Of a stretch of DNA of 64,000 nt, positions 56,201 through 64,000 are shown one piece after another (the first letter of the stretch is position 1; each line of letters opens with the position of its first letter). Where the stretch lies: contig CATNEN010000005.1 in assembly GCA_950097015.1 (NCBI GenBank), positions 5,704,001 to 5,768,000 on the forward strand, read 5' to 3'. This DNA is from Macrostomum hystrix. Taxonomy: Eukaryota > Animalia > Platyhelminthes. The position numbers and the translations under genes are program-made. The notes beneath the pieces are model-generated. The model did no database searches, was not told the origin of the DNA, and saw only the letters and a list, made by a program, of their open reading frames with translations.

Positions 56201-57985
56201 GACGCCGAGGGTCAATACTCCGCCAGGAAAGCAGCTGAAGAGTTTGCCAATCGTCTGGATCGCACACTGCGCAAGAAGGAGCTGGAGGCTGAGAAACTGC
56301 TAGAGGAGAAGCGCGCCCTTGAAGCCCAGGTGGAGGAGCTGAACAATCAGCTGCGCACTGATAGAACTGACCGCAATCGCTACAATGAGCTCATTCAGAA
56401 ATTGAACGAGGCTCAGAAGAAGGCCGACACGCTGGAGAAGGCGCTCAATATGAAGAATTCTGAGACGTCCAAGATGTTGCTTAGTAAGTGATCAATGTAT
56501 CTGTTTGAGTTGGACCCTTTGCTTAGCAATGCGTTGAAATCTGCTGGTGTGATACTAGTAGATAGAAGCTTAGGGGTTTTGGCTATACGAGTACATTTCT
56601 GAGCCTTAAGAGTACAAATACCCCAGGTGTTTTAAATACTTCACGATAGCTCCCAGACCGTCAAAATCCACCATATGGATCAAAATTTTCCACCCTTCAA
56701 GAAGAACTAACATTCAAAGCCATCCGGCGTTAGCATCGTCGAGATATTCAGCGATACTTGTCGAACACCCTGGTGATTCATATTGCTGTAATAATAATAA
56801 AATTACCAATATTATCAATACATCATCAACAGTAACAGCCGACATGGTTACATGATGAAGTTGTGTGAGAATAATAATAATTGATTACACCTGCCCCAAT
56901 TAGGCCAGATGTGCAGCCAACAGCACAGCCGCAGCTATTGCGCGGCGCATCTGAAGGCTGCGTACGGCTGTTCAGTCCATGGACTGGGGGGGACGCCACA
57001 CCCACCTTCAATTATCCCAGCTGATGCTGGTACCCATTTAACAGCTGGGTGAACTGAAGCAATGCAGAGTTAAGTGTCTTGCTAAAGGACACAAATTGTT
57101 CTAGTGGAGTCGGGAATCGAACCCCCGACCTTCAAGTCGTGAGTCCGACGCTCTAACCACTAGGCTACAACCTCTACTAGGCTACAACCTCTACTAGGCT
57201 ACAACCTCTACTAGGCTACAACCTCTACTAGGCTACAACCTCTACTAGGCTACAACCTCTACTAGGCTACAACCTCTACTAGGCTACAACCTCTACTAGG
57301 CTACAACCTCTAGGCTAAAACCTCTACTAGGCTACAACCTCTACTAGGCTACAACCTCTACTAGGCTAAAACCTCTACAAGGCTACAACCTCTACTAGGC
57401 GACAACCTCTACTAGGCTACAACCTCTACTAGGCTACAACCTACAACAACAGTGAGAAGAAACAAGGTCTATATTGATGGTTTTTGGCCACCTGACACCC
57501 CGACTAAAATCGTTGAATATCTCGACAATGCCGATATTAAAATGATTCTGGAAGTTCGTTTCACTTCACTTCGTGGACTTTCTCGTAGCTCGTACTAGTT
57601 ACGAGAGCTGGTACAGCATTTTAAAGCAAGGAGGCATCGCAAACATAATTTGTTAATTAATCCCGACTTCGCAGACACCCAAGAAGGCTACCAACGCCAG
57701 ATGCAGAACGAGCGTCGGGATCGCGAAGAGATGCAACAGAAGATGGAGCGCCAGCAGCAGCTACTGGCAGAACAGACTGACAAGATGAAGAAACAGCTGG
57801 AGAGGACGACCAAGACAGACCAGCTGCTCAAGGAGCTCTACGCTGAGAATGCTCAGCTGATGAAGGCTCTTCAAGTGACTGAGCAGCGGCAGAAGGTGGC
57901 GGAACAGCGCTGTCAACAGTTGGACGACAAGTGCAGAAATCTGCAGAAGGTTCTGGGCAGAGTCAGCCAGTCGGCTGTTCATTAG
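23226..57985 (+). CDS. NIN: Ninein/ninein-like (Bsg25D-type) EF-hand + coiled-coil centrosomal protein, ~51 exons, ~3,600 aa including a ~1,370-aa repeat insert
   Basis: Family motifs: LDPTRTGQLNWVQLVELCSHFSL (N-terminal EF-like), EPKYVRDDGRVFGRRTRP, EEEYLRSIWQELGVGRSGYL...QLFENLDEDGDGHVSFNEFVRGLF, LFTSIDKDGSGY, and C-terminal LLKELYAENAQLMKALQVTEQRQKVAE. In-frame GT-AG exons: 23188/23226-23457, 24080-24168, 28376-29054 (acceptor uncertain), 29690-29847, 30053-30669, 31333-31383, 31643-31817, 32057-32173, 32296-32331, 32786-33131, 33579-33693, 33810-33954, 34450-34755, [18 repeat exons 35030-43202], 43407-43592, 43883-44092, 44967-45017, 45448-45573, 45808-45912, 46030-46134, 46589-46798, 46897-47001, 47233-47337, 47731-48036, 48131-48235, 48604-48879, 50861-51310, 51416-51520, 51674-51865, 52025-52129, 52315-52419, 52693-52842, 56198-56483, 57675-57985. 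Confidence 0.88.
23563..23860 (+). mobile_element. SINE family A (tRNA-derived head, CORE-like central domain, ATT tail), full length
   Basis: A box TAGCCTAGTGGTTAG, B box GGTTCGATTCCC, central TGTGTCCTTTAGCAAGACACTTAACTCTGCAGTGCTTCAGTTCACCCAGCTG; near-identical antisense copy at 56869-57171. Confidence 0.9.
24215..24975. repeat. 21-23-bp minisatellite (AACCTGTTAGACACACACTCC / AAACCTGTTAGACACACCCTC)n in ninein intron
   Basis: Direct reading; a ~100-bp variant block is duplicated at ~24585 and ~24790. Confidence 0.9.
25454..25578 (+). promoter_or_regulatory. Candidate internal TATA promoter and short first exon (MDTFKSFFK|GTGAGT)
   Basis: TATATAAG at 25454-25461, ATG at 25552, strong phase-0 donor AAG|GTGAGT at 25578, compatible with the phase-0 acceptor at 28376. 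Confidence 0.35.
26232..26745. repeat. 16-bp purine-rich minisatellite (AGAGATGAGACACGGG)n, ~32 units
   Basis: Direct reading, period 16. Confidence 0.95.
26887..27153 (+). CDS. Candidate alternative ninein exon / alternative N-terminus (MTERAPYGSPNRPQSTGSR...HVKRLIR)
   Basis: GC-rich open frame between CCCAG|CCATG and AGAG|GTTAAG; 267 nt, phase 1-1, in frame with ninein exon 29690. No homology recognised. Confidence 0.45.
27340..28156. repeat. 21-bp minisatellite (GTAGCTAATGAAGGTTCAGGG)n, ~39 units
   Basis: Direct reading; PEPSLAT periodicity on the minus strand. Confidence 0.95.
29305..29605. repeat. ~37-39-bp C-rich minisatellite (core AACCCACCTCACTCC), ~8 units
   Basis: Direct reading; inverted copies of the core lie at 29898-29963. 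Confidence 0.85.
30735..31240 (+). mobile_element. Degenerate MITE-like element (family M)
   Basis: Left arm GGGGATATTTCAAAT...GCATCGTCGAGTTATT; right arm GAATACCTCGACGATG...ATTTTAAGTACCCC, forming an imperfect inverted repeat. Related arms at 35270-35720, 56620-57570 and 62940-63060. Confidence 0.5.
33201..33540 (+). mobile_element. SINE family B copy
   Basis: Colinear with 44139-44503 (GCCTATCGCACCAAGGTCCC...GCAGCCGCGGAGAGAA...GAGAAAGTCAGGGCAGATGTAC...GCTGGCTGCGGGTC, ATT tail). Confidence 0.85.
33985..34260 (-). mobile_element. SINE family A copy (antisense, moderately diverged)
   Basis: Reverse complement aligns with 23563-23860 including the B box (GGGAATCGAACC on +). Confidence 0.85.
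35030..43202 (+). repeat. Array of 18 phase-0 coding exons encoding 24 copies of a ~45-aa helical repeat inside ninein; 36562-42388 is a tandem exon+intron amplification
   Basis: Exons 35030-35206, 35800-35979, 36060-36206, 36296-36481, 36562-36897, 37030-37215, 37631-37945, 38020-38202, 38687-39001, 39134-39319, 39734-40048, 40123-40305, 40790-41104, 41179-41364, 42056-42388, 42463-42642, 42732-42905, 42987-43202. All lengths are divisible by 3, stop-free and GT-AG bounded. Confidence 0.88.
35270..35720 (+). mobile_element. Degenerate MITE-like element (family M)
   Basis: GGTATTTCAAATACCC...CAACATCGTCGAGATATAC...GACACCCCGACGAGAATCATTGAATACATCGACGATG shares both arms with 30735-31240. Confidence 0.5.
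44139..44503 (+). mobile_element. SINE family B (tRNA-derived head, (ATT)n tail), full length
   Basis: A box GGTGGCAGAGTGG, B-box-like GAGCTCGATTCC, ends in ATTATTATTATTATT; at least 6 copies in the window. Confidence 0.9.
46196..46445 (+). mobile_element. SINE family B, diverged 5' portion
   Basis: GCCTCTCGCACCAAGGTTCCCCGAGCTCGATTCCGCAGCGAGGCCACATT...GCAGCCGCGGAGAGAAGGC. Confidence 0.75.
49008..50030. repeat. 16-bp minisatellite with unit switch: (CATTTTAACAAAGCAT)n then (CATGACACCAAAGYAT)n, ~64 units
   Basis: Direct reading; transitional unit CATTTCACCAAAGCAT at ~49161. Confidence 0.95.
50475..50815. repeat. 26-bp minisatellite (GATCACTTACTTAGTGATGTCTCTGA)n, ~13 units
   Basis: Direct reading; unit holds the hairpin ATCAC-TTACTTA-GTGAT. 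Confidence 0.95.
53178..55025 (-). CDS. TRPV/TRPVL-like cation channel (degenerate ankyrin repeats + 6 TM), 615 aa, intronless, nested antisense in ninein intron 52843-56197
   Basis: Ankyrin-like SNPFLLAVMYD...LDVSAISECGFTSYH and NCYHMRPLDWGMYCGYADFV. Pre-S1 LDFTEVV..GPERSVSLLSV resembles TRPV YDLTEID..EQSLLELI. Six hydrophobic segments; pore YRTFLITLNVFDTG; S6 MAFILLVPVLFINFVVGVLS. Start context AACAATG. Confidence 0.82.
   Translation of the reverse strand: MSKLVKVSPKDGQVSEATAQPQLNIWSFIDEDQWPTVVTIILRDDAEQLRRFLESRGPDWRGFLQSCDTEGQKRQCPQRFRSYDKSVRVSKRLVQHPYPSNPFLLAVMYDARSCCELIRRMAEGLDVSAISECGFTSYHTLFAGLDIIRAEAQPSSEEARSSDYLRFFLREFFSVEEVTRMSTMRNCYHMRPLDWGMYCGYADFVDELLYRSHMSVIHSGMSGLMEHVELDFTEVVCTGPERSVSLLSVMSNVFGESRVSELGVFRRPLVLAPLIDEFHGRHRFLLFTLCIFLLFDVCLLLAGCDTTYRNFVDAACSPPAQPLPALFIVTRSVLMATRALVMVSDLLGRLRKTLYRRRLGFPNWPRRADIESLVMMAPVCLSILTDASLLSLMSSPEAACRLLGAAGFRSLSGSLVLVDLLLLICALVTSARLLPIVSKFINSFYRSFAMFANFLFVYLLMLVTFSRLFQVADRSATASSGGNSSLATQELDAFSATYRTFLITLNVFDTGVFQPNLDRTDLMLTHMAFILLVPVLFINFVVGVLSSIVGTTMQYDIECRYLMKLSFSEYCEATLFWLFKIWELFVGERRLVLSICRPLTKNSRTLSCLSSDLKM
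55711..55997 (-). mobile_element. SINE family B copy (antisense, internal deletion)
   Basis: Reverse complement has head GGGGGTCGGTGGCTGAG and 3' end GCTGGCTGCGGGTCTAATGTCACCAAATGATGTGCCATT + ATT tail. Confidence 0.85.
56869..57171 (-). mobile_element. SINE family A, full length, antisense
   Basis: Near-identical reverse complement of 23563-23860. Confidence 0.9.
57161..57445. repeat. 17-bp minisatellite (CTCTACTAGGCTACAAC)n, ~16 units, derived from the SINE A 5' end
   Basis: Unit reverse complement GTTGTAGCCTAGTAGAG versus SINE head GTTGTAGCCTAGTGGTTAGAG; contiguous with the SINE. Confidence 0.92.
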
Positions 57986-59077
57986 TCCTGACTAAGGACC
58001 GCCTCAAAGTAAAGGGGCCGTTGCATATTCACGTTGTGTTGGAAATTATTTCTTTCAAAAGTTGCAGCTTTAGTATTTGAGTAATGTGATGTGACGCGCC
58101 TTTTGCTTCATTATTGTACAAATTGTCGTCTATAATTTATTTAATATAATCGCTAACTATATCCTATTTTAACTGTGAACTTGACTTGTTTACAGTACTT
58201 CAGTCGGTATTATTAAAAACAAAATGACAGAAGTTTCGTTTGACTGTAGCGCCAGGATTGCAAGAAAATGACAAATTTGTTTCGAAAGATTATTTTACGT
58301 TCTATTTTTGTTATTTTTTGCATGCTTTTCTATCTCCTGCATCATTGATAGTGTTCTCTCAGCAATTCGATTTAGATAATTTTCGAACAAGACAAATTTC
58401 GTCTTAACATGAGCATTGATGTCGATTTTAATAATCAATTCTCTACATTTATTTGTATTTTTTGTTTAAAATTTCGATGACCAAATGTGTCAATTGTTCC
58501 CTCCGAGAAGGAGGCGGAAATTTGCCATTGTTTCTTTTTAACCTCTGTCTCTTCCTAATTTCCTGTAAATGGTTCGTTTCTTTTTGGCCGAGTTTTACTA
58601 TCATTTCTTTTGTTTATTTTTTATCTGATTTTTTCGTGCTTTGGCACTCGTATTTGTTGTTATAACGTGTGTTAGTGTAGCTCTTAATTCCGGAAAATAG
58701 TTACGAGCTACGAAAAGTATAAAATATCTAGCTAGTTGGTATTTCATAGTTACATTTTTGTTACCATAGACAATAGACCATAACCATTGCCATTATAGTG
58801 AATTAACTAGTAAAAGTGAGTTATTTGGATAATGACGCCGTTTTAAAAAACTTACCATAAATGTAGGCTTCAAAATAACAAACAGAAATAAACTCTATGC
58901 CCATATGATCATTTTTAGTACACAAGCAATGAGGAAATTTCATCTGTCAAATAAGTATTGATTAAATTCGATTTTGTTTAATTTGTCTAATTTGAAATTA
59001 TCGAATCCTGCACTAACGCAGGCTCGAATTATTATGGAAAAATATGAATGATAACATAACAATACGAATCTGAACCT

Positions 59078-59720
59078 TGTACCAATCTGAAGCCTGTACC
59101 AATCTGAATCCTGTACCAATCTGAATCCTGTACTAATCAGAATCCTGTACCAATCTGAAGCCTGTACCAATCTAAATCCTGCACCAATCTGAATCCTGTA
59201 CTAATCTGAATCCTGTACCAGTCTGAATCCTGTACCAGTCTGAATCCTGTACCAGTCTGAATCCTGTACCAGTCTGAATCCTGTACCAGTCTGAATCCTG
59301 TACCAGTCTGAATCCTGTACCAGTCTGAATCCTGTACCAGTCTGAATCCTGTACCAGTCTGAATCCTGTACCAGTCTGAATCCTGTACCAGTCTGAATCC
59401 TGTACCAGTCTGAATCCTGTACCAGTCTGAATCCTGTACCAGTCTGAATCCTGTACCAATCTAAATCCTGCACCAGTCTGAATCCTGTACCAGTCTGAAT
59501 CCTGCACCAATCTAAATCCTGCACCAGTCTGAATCCTGTACTAATCTGAATCCTGTACCAACCTGAAGCCTGTACCAATCTAAATCCTGTACCAAAATTA
59601 ATCCTGTACCAGTCTGAATCCTGTACCAATCTAAATCCTGTACCAATCTGAATCCTGTACCAATCTGAATCTTGTACTAATTTGTACAAATCTGAACCTA
59701 AACAAATGTACGTACTCTGT
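59078..59720. repeat. 17-bp minisatellite (CTGAATCCTGTACCAGT)n, ~37 units, between the convergent ninein and Phactr 3' ends
   Basis: Direct reading. Confidence 0.95.
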
Positions 59721-60570
59721 ACCAATCAGAATACCAGTTGCAGAATATTCACTCACTGACTGACTCACTAACCTCGGCATTTGCCTTCTGCGCTGTTCTT
59801 GCAACACACGACCTGAGAAAGGTAACGCTTGAAAAAGAAAAAAATCGAAAAAACGAAATTCCTGAATATTTTCGACACTTTAAAAGTTAATTTTAAACCT
59901 AATATTATTAGCTCGTATTATTGAAATAACACGCCAACTAAACTATAGAAATCGTAGAGACAGATTTCATTATTTTATTACAAAAAATTAACGAATTTGT
60001 TAAAGCAACAAAAAAGATTTTGAACAGGTGATTTACAAAAATATCCGTTAAAAAACTTTCCCTTCAAGGTTGGTAATGAGACAGTACTAGCACTATGTAG
60101 AAGAAAATTAAGTTTCAAAGGCAGCGCAAGATTAAGGCTTAATTAGGCATATGTACAATTGGACATGGAGAAAGAAGGCTTTCATGACAATTTTATGAAA
60201 TTCTTTACGACTTTTAGCAAAATATAGATAGAAAAAATGAACATGTCATTAGGGAAAAACCAAAAAATAGAAAATAAATCTTATAATAAGCTGCGTTTGT
60301 GTCTACTCAAAGTAGCTTTCAATGGTCGCAATAGGGAGAGAAAAACAGGGTTTGGTATTTGAAACTCGGCTGCTCGATTAGCTAGAATAAATGGGATAGT
60401 TTAATAAAGTAAAACACGCATAAAATTAAAAACAATCGGGAAGTGGAGCAAAAGACAAGTCCAACTATAAGCAGCTGTTTTGCATCCTCCCTAGCTACTG
60501 TTAGTAGTAGTCTTATAAAATTATGAATTGCGCACAAATGTAACAAAAGTGTTACCAGAGGACGAATAAT

Positions 60571-63462
60571 TTAAGGCTTATGAAATCGGGTGAATTTCTT
60601 ACTCTCTTCGTGCACCGGCATCTCGTAGGCTTTGAAGTCGTTTAATTCTTTGCGAATGCGAGCCTGCGCGGATTAGGAGGGGGTGGGTGGTTAAAGAGGC
60701 TTGACGAATCAAAATTTAGGAGCTTAGTTAATTTGTTATTGCAATATGATTAGAAAGGGAATTCGTTTTATCTAGGGGATAAGTAATATACCTGGGGATT
60801 TGCAGGGATGTACCTAGATAAATTATGTACCTAGGGATCTGTGTGGGATAATTAATCTACCTAGGGATCTGTGTGGGTATTAATCTACAAAGGGATCTGT
60901 GTAGGGATTATCAATCTACAAAGGGATCTGTGTAGGGATTATCAATCTACAAAGGGATCTGTGTAGGGATTATCAATCTACAAAGGGATCTGTGTAGGGA
61001 TTATCAATCTACAAAGGGATCTGTGTAGGGATTATCAATCTACAAAGGGATCTGTGTGGTGATTATCAATCTACAAAGGGATCTGTGTGGTGATTATCAA
61101 TCTACAAAGGATCTGTGTGGTGATTATCAATCTACAAAGGGATCTGTGTGGTGATTATCAATCTACAAAGGATCTGTGTGGTGATTATCAATCTACAAAG
61201 GGATCTGTGTGGTGATTATCAATCTACAAAGGGATCTGTGTGGGGATTATCAATCTACAAAGGGATCTGTGTGGGGATTATCAATCTACAAAGGGATCTG
61301 TGTGGGGATTATCAATCTACAAAGGGATCTGTGTGGGGATTATCAATCTACAAAGGGATCTGTGTAGGGATTATTAATCTACAAAGGATCTGTTTGGGGA
61401 TTATCAATCTACAAAGGGATCTGTGTGGGGATTATCAATCTACCTAGGGATCTGTGTGGGGATTATCAATCTACAAAGGGATCTGTGTGGGATTATCAAT
61501 CTACCTAGGGATCTGTGTGGGGATTATCAATCTACAAAGGGATCTGTGTAGGGATTATCAATCTACAAAGGATCTGTGTGGGGATTATCAATCTACAATG
61601 GGATCTGTGTGGGGATTATCAATCTACAAAGGGATCTGTGTGGGGATTATCAATCTACAAAGGGATCTGTGTGGGGATAATTAATCTACCTAGTGATCTG
61701 TGAGGGGATAATTAATCTACCAAGGAATCTGTAGGGATAATTAATCTACCTAGGGATCCGTGTAAGAAAAAAAATCTACCCTAGTATTCAGGGGATAAGT
61801 AAGTTCACCTAAAGATCTAAGTTGGGATATAACTTATAACTTAAGTACTCGAAGTGCGGATTCGCATGGTGATAATAATCTTACAGCAACCTTAAGATCC
61901 ATTGTGATGCCTAATACTCGTATACATGGGGATATCTCGGGGAAATCAATACACTTAAGGATATGAATATAACTATTTAATTTAACCCGACCTTATCAAC
62001 AGCTGTCAGCCTAGTCCATGGCTTATCCACAGCCCTGTCATATTCTTCAGTGTCGGTGACTTCAACATAATCGTTGAATCTGATAATTCGTTTCTCTCTC
62101 AGCTCTTGCACAGTTGGTCGGAAGCTCAGCTTTCTAGTCAGATATTTGATAATCTGCTCCTTCTCTGTTTCTAGGGCCGCTTCCGTCTTGTCGTGCAGAA
62201 TATTCCGACACTGCAGCTCCTCCGGCGTTGGTCTCTGACTAAGTCGACGCTCCAACACGCTGCCGATTCTATCTCGCTCCTCCCGTCGCTCCTGCGAGGG
62301 CACCCGCCGTATTGACAGGACCTGACGACGCTCGGCCTTTTGAGATTCCAGAAATCTGGCCAGAGAGTCTTTGCGTTTGATCTTGGCCGCTAATCCCGCT
62401 CGAGGCGTTGATGAATTCGAGTCGGCTGTAGTAGCATTCGATGGCGACGTTGTCAAAACGGCGTCAGGTCGGCGAACATTTTTGCCGGACTGAAATTATT
62501 AGATGATGGATTAGGCTCACATTGGCTCATACAATCTGAGACGAAGTCTGATGCAAGTGTCTGCTGCAGGAGACCAATTTCTACTTTCTGGACTAAGGAG
62601 GTAAGTGGTCGAATTCGTTTAACTCTCGCACCAAGGTCCCCGAGCTCGATTCCGCGGCCAGGCCACATTAATTTGGCCATTAAGGGTCAACCTCCAAGGC
62701 TCCTTTAGTGTCAAGTGAAAGTATACATGGCCTGACGATGAGAAAGTCAGGGCAGATGTACACACCTGTGTGCGTGTGTGCTCAGGAGTCAGCGAAATGG
62801 GCAGAATTGCCTCCTCGCTGGCTGCGGGTCTGGTGTCACCAAATTATGTGCGATTGCCTGCAGCACTCTGCAAGCTGAGATTCGAACCCCTGACCTTTTA
62901 GTCAAAAGATAAGATCTTTGCTTTATTTAAAAGCAGAAAGGCCATGGGGTATTTCAAATAGCCACGTTTCTGTATCTCCGAAAAAATGCCAAAGAATGGC
63001 TGAATCTCCCGCTCTATCAGACGAGACATTAAGATTTAGACACCTTTCAACCAATAAAGAAATTCATTCAGCTCCGGCCAATCACCTTGTCCTTATCCCT
63101 GGAGCCGGGTAGTTTAATGATGCCCCTCTCGGGCTGTCTGGTCAAGTCTGGCTCCTTCGCAGGCACCTGTTCGTAGCCATCGAAATTGCTGGCGGGAAAC
63201 TCGTCCTCAGCCTCATCCTCCTCCGCGTTCGCATCGTCCTCGTTGGCATCGTCGTTATTGTCGTCTTCGTCGGCCACGTCATCATAAAAACGATCGCCGC
63301 TTTTCTGATCAACATTCGCCGATTTGTCGTCTTCGACTTCGTCGTCATCTTCATCGTCGCTGTAGTCGTCTGGCAGCGGCGAAACTGACGACTGGGGAAC
63401 AGCCGCAGAAGCTGCAGCTGCCAGCATCTGCTGCTGTCTTTGGATTAACTGCTTCTGCAGCA

Positions 63463-63515
<53 letters not shown>

Positions 63516-64000
63516 TGTAGTCCGCCAACGGAGGAATAGGACAGATCAACAGTTGGTGCGGAACTAATACTTTGATTGTTTCGGCCGACGCCATAGTTAC
63601 CGTTGCTAACCAAACAACTGTTGTTAGCGTTAACACCTGGATGTTTGCGAATTAGATATTACTCGTACTTTTAAATATATTTTTTCATCAAGTTCAACCT
63701 CCAATTTCGACCCTAATGATCTAGACTAACTCTGAAGGATCTACACTAACCCTGAAGGATATATACTAACCCTGAAGGATCTAAACTAACCCTGAAGGAT
63801 CTACACTAACCCAGAATTATCTACACTAACCCTGAAGGATCTACACTAACCCTGAAGGATCTACACTAACCCTGAAGGATCTACACTAACCCTGAAGGAT
63901 CTACACTAACCCTGAAGGATCTATATTATAAAAGAATATAAAAGGAGAGAGTTTAACCAGCGACACTCACCACGCAGTTTAGTCACATCGGCGCATTCGC
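60571..64000 (-). CDS. PHACTR: Phosphatase and actin regulator (RPEL-repeat, PP1-binding), 3' exons; gene continues beyond the window
   Basis: Minus-strand exons >64000-63971, 63636-63086, 62489-61992, 60663-60571 join in phases 1/0/0. RKDSLA...RRLSQRPTPEELQCRNIL...RKLSFRPTVQELREKRIIRFNDYVEV...YDRAVDKPWTRLTAVDK|ARIRKELNDFKAYEMPVHEESKKFTRFHKP* is the diagnostic Phactr C-terminus. PolyQ and acidic tracts lie in the 63086-63636 exon. Confidence 0.95.
60830..61760. repeat. 30/31-bp minisatellite (GGGATCTGTGTGGGGATTATCAATCTACAAA)n in last Phactr intron, ~30 units
   Basis: Direct reading. Confidence 0.95.
62598..62865 (+). mobile_element. SINE family B copy in Phactr intron
   Basis: CTCTCGCACCAAGGTCCCCGAGCTCGATTCCGCGGCCAGGCCACATT...GAGAAAGTCAGGGCAGATGTACACACC...GCTGGCTGCGGGTCTGGTGTCACCAAAT. 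Confidence 0.85.
63458..63513 (-). repeat. (CAG)n coding microsatellite giving polyglutamine in Phactr
   Basis: (CTG)~18 on the + strand within the exon. Confidence 0.9.
63720..63925. repeat. 20-bp minisatellite (CTACACTAACCCTGAAGGAT)n in Phactr intron, ~10 units
   Basis: Direct reading. Confidence 0.9.

Larger units (their letters stand above)
56620..57570 (+). mobile_element. Family-M MITE interrupted by an antisense SINE A and its derived minisatellite
   Basis: Left arm 56620-56868 (GCATCGTCGAGATATTC...GAAGTTGTGTGA) and right arm ~57446-57570 (ACAGTGAG...GCCACCTGACACCCCGAC...GAATATCTCGACAATG) join to match the uninterrupted copy at 35270-35720. Confidence 0.55.

Noticed and set aside
5298-63925. 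Shared AATC/GATC core across many minisatellite units as a common protein-binding motif
   Set aside because: A 4-nt degenerate motif is expected by chance in most 16-54-bp units on either strand.

Overview
Eukaryotic (metazoan) genomic DNA with GT-AG introns, GC-rich exons and AT-rich, repeat-laden introns. The style suggests a free-living flatworm such as Macrostomum, but that is an inference. Six protein genes were reconstructed by hand. (1) A 5'-truncated, intronless VWDE-like surface protein (<3-2117 +). (2) A small UPF0390/L10K (C19orf53-like) gene whose exon starts at codon 2 directly after a splice acceptor (12116-12391 +; absent from the ORF track). (3) A four-exon PBZ-zinc-finger/PARP-catalytic/BRCT-like ADP-ribosyltransferase (12772-17801 +). 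(4) A ~51-exon, ~3,600-aa ninein/NINL-like gene (23226-57985 +). (5) An intronless ankyrin+6TM TRPV-like channel nested antisense in a ninein intron (53178-55025 -). (6) The 3' part of a Phactr gene (60571->64000 -). The most striking feature is inside ninein: 18 consecutive phase-0 exons (35030-43202) encode 24 copies of a ~45-aa helical repeat I do not recognise, and part of the array was recently amplified as ~1.05/2.1-kb exon+intron units. About 14.7 kb (~23%) of the window is made of 17 different minisatellites, many with hairpin-forming units. Two tRNA-derived SINE families and a degenerate MITE family are also present. No CRISPR array, rRNA or intact tRNA was seen.
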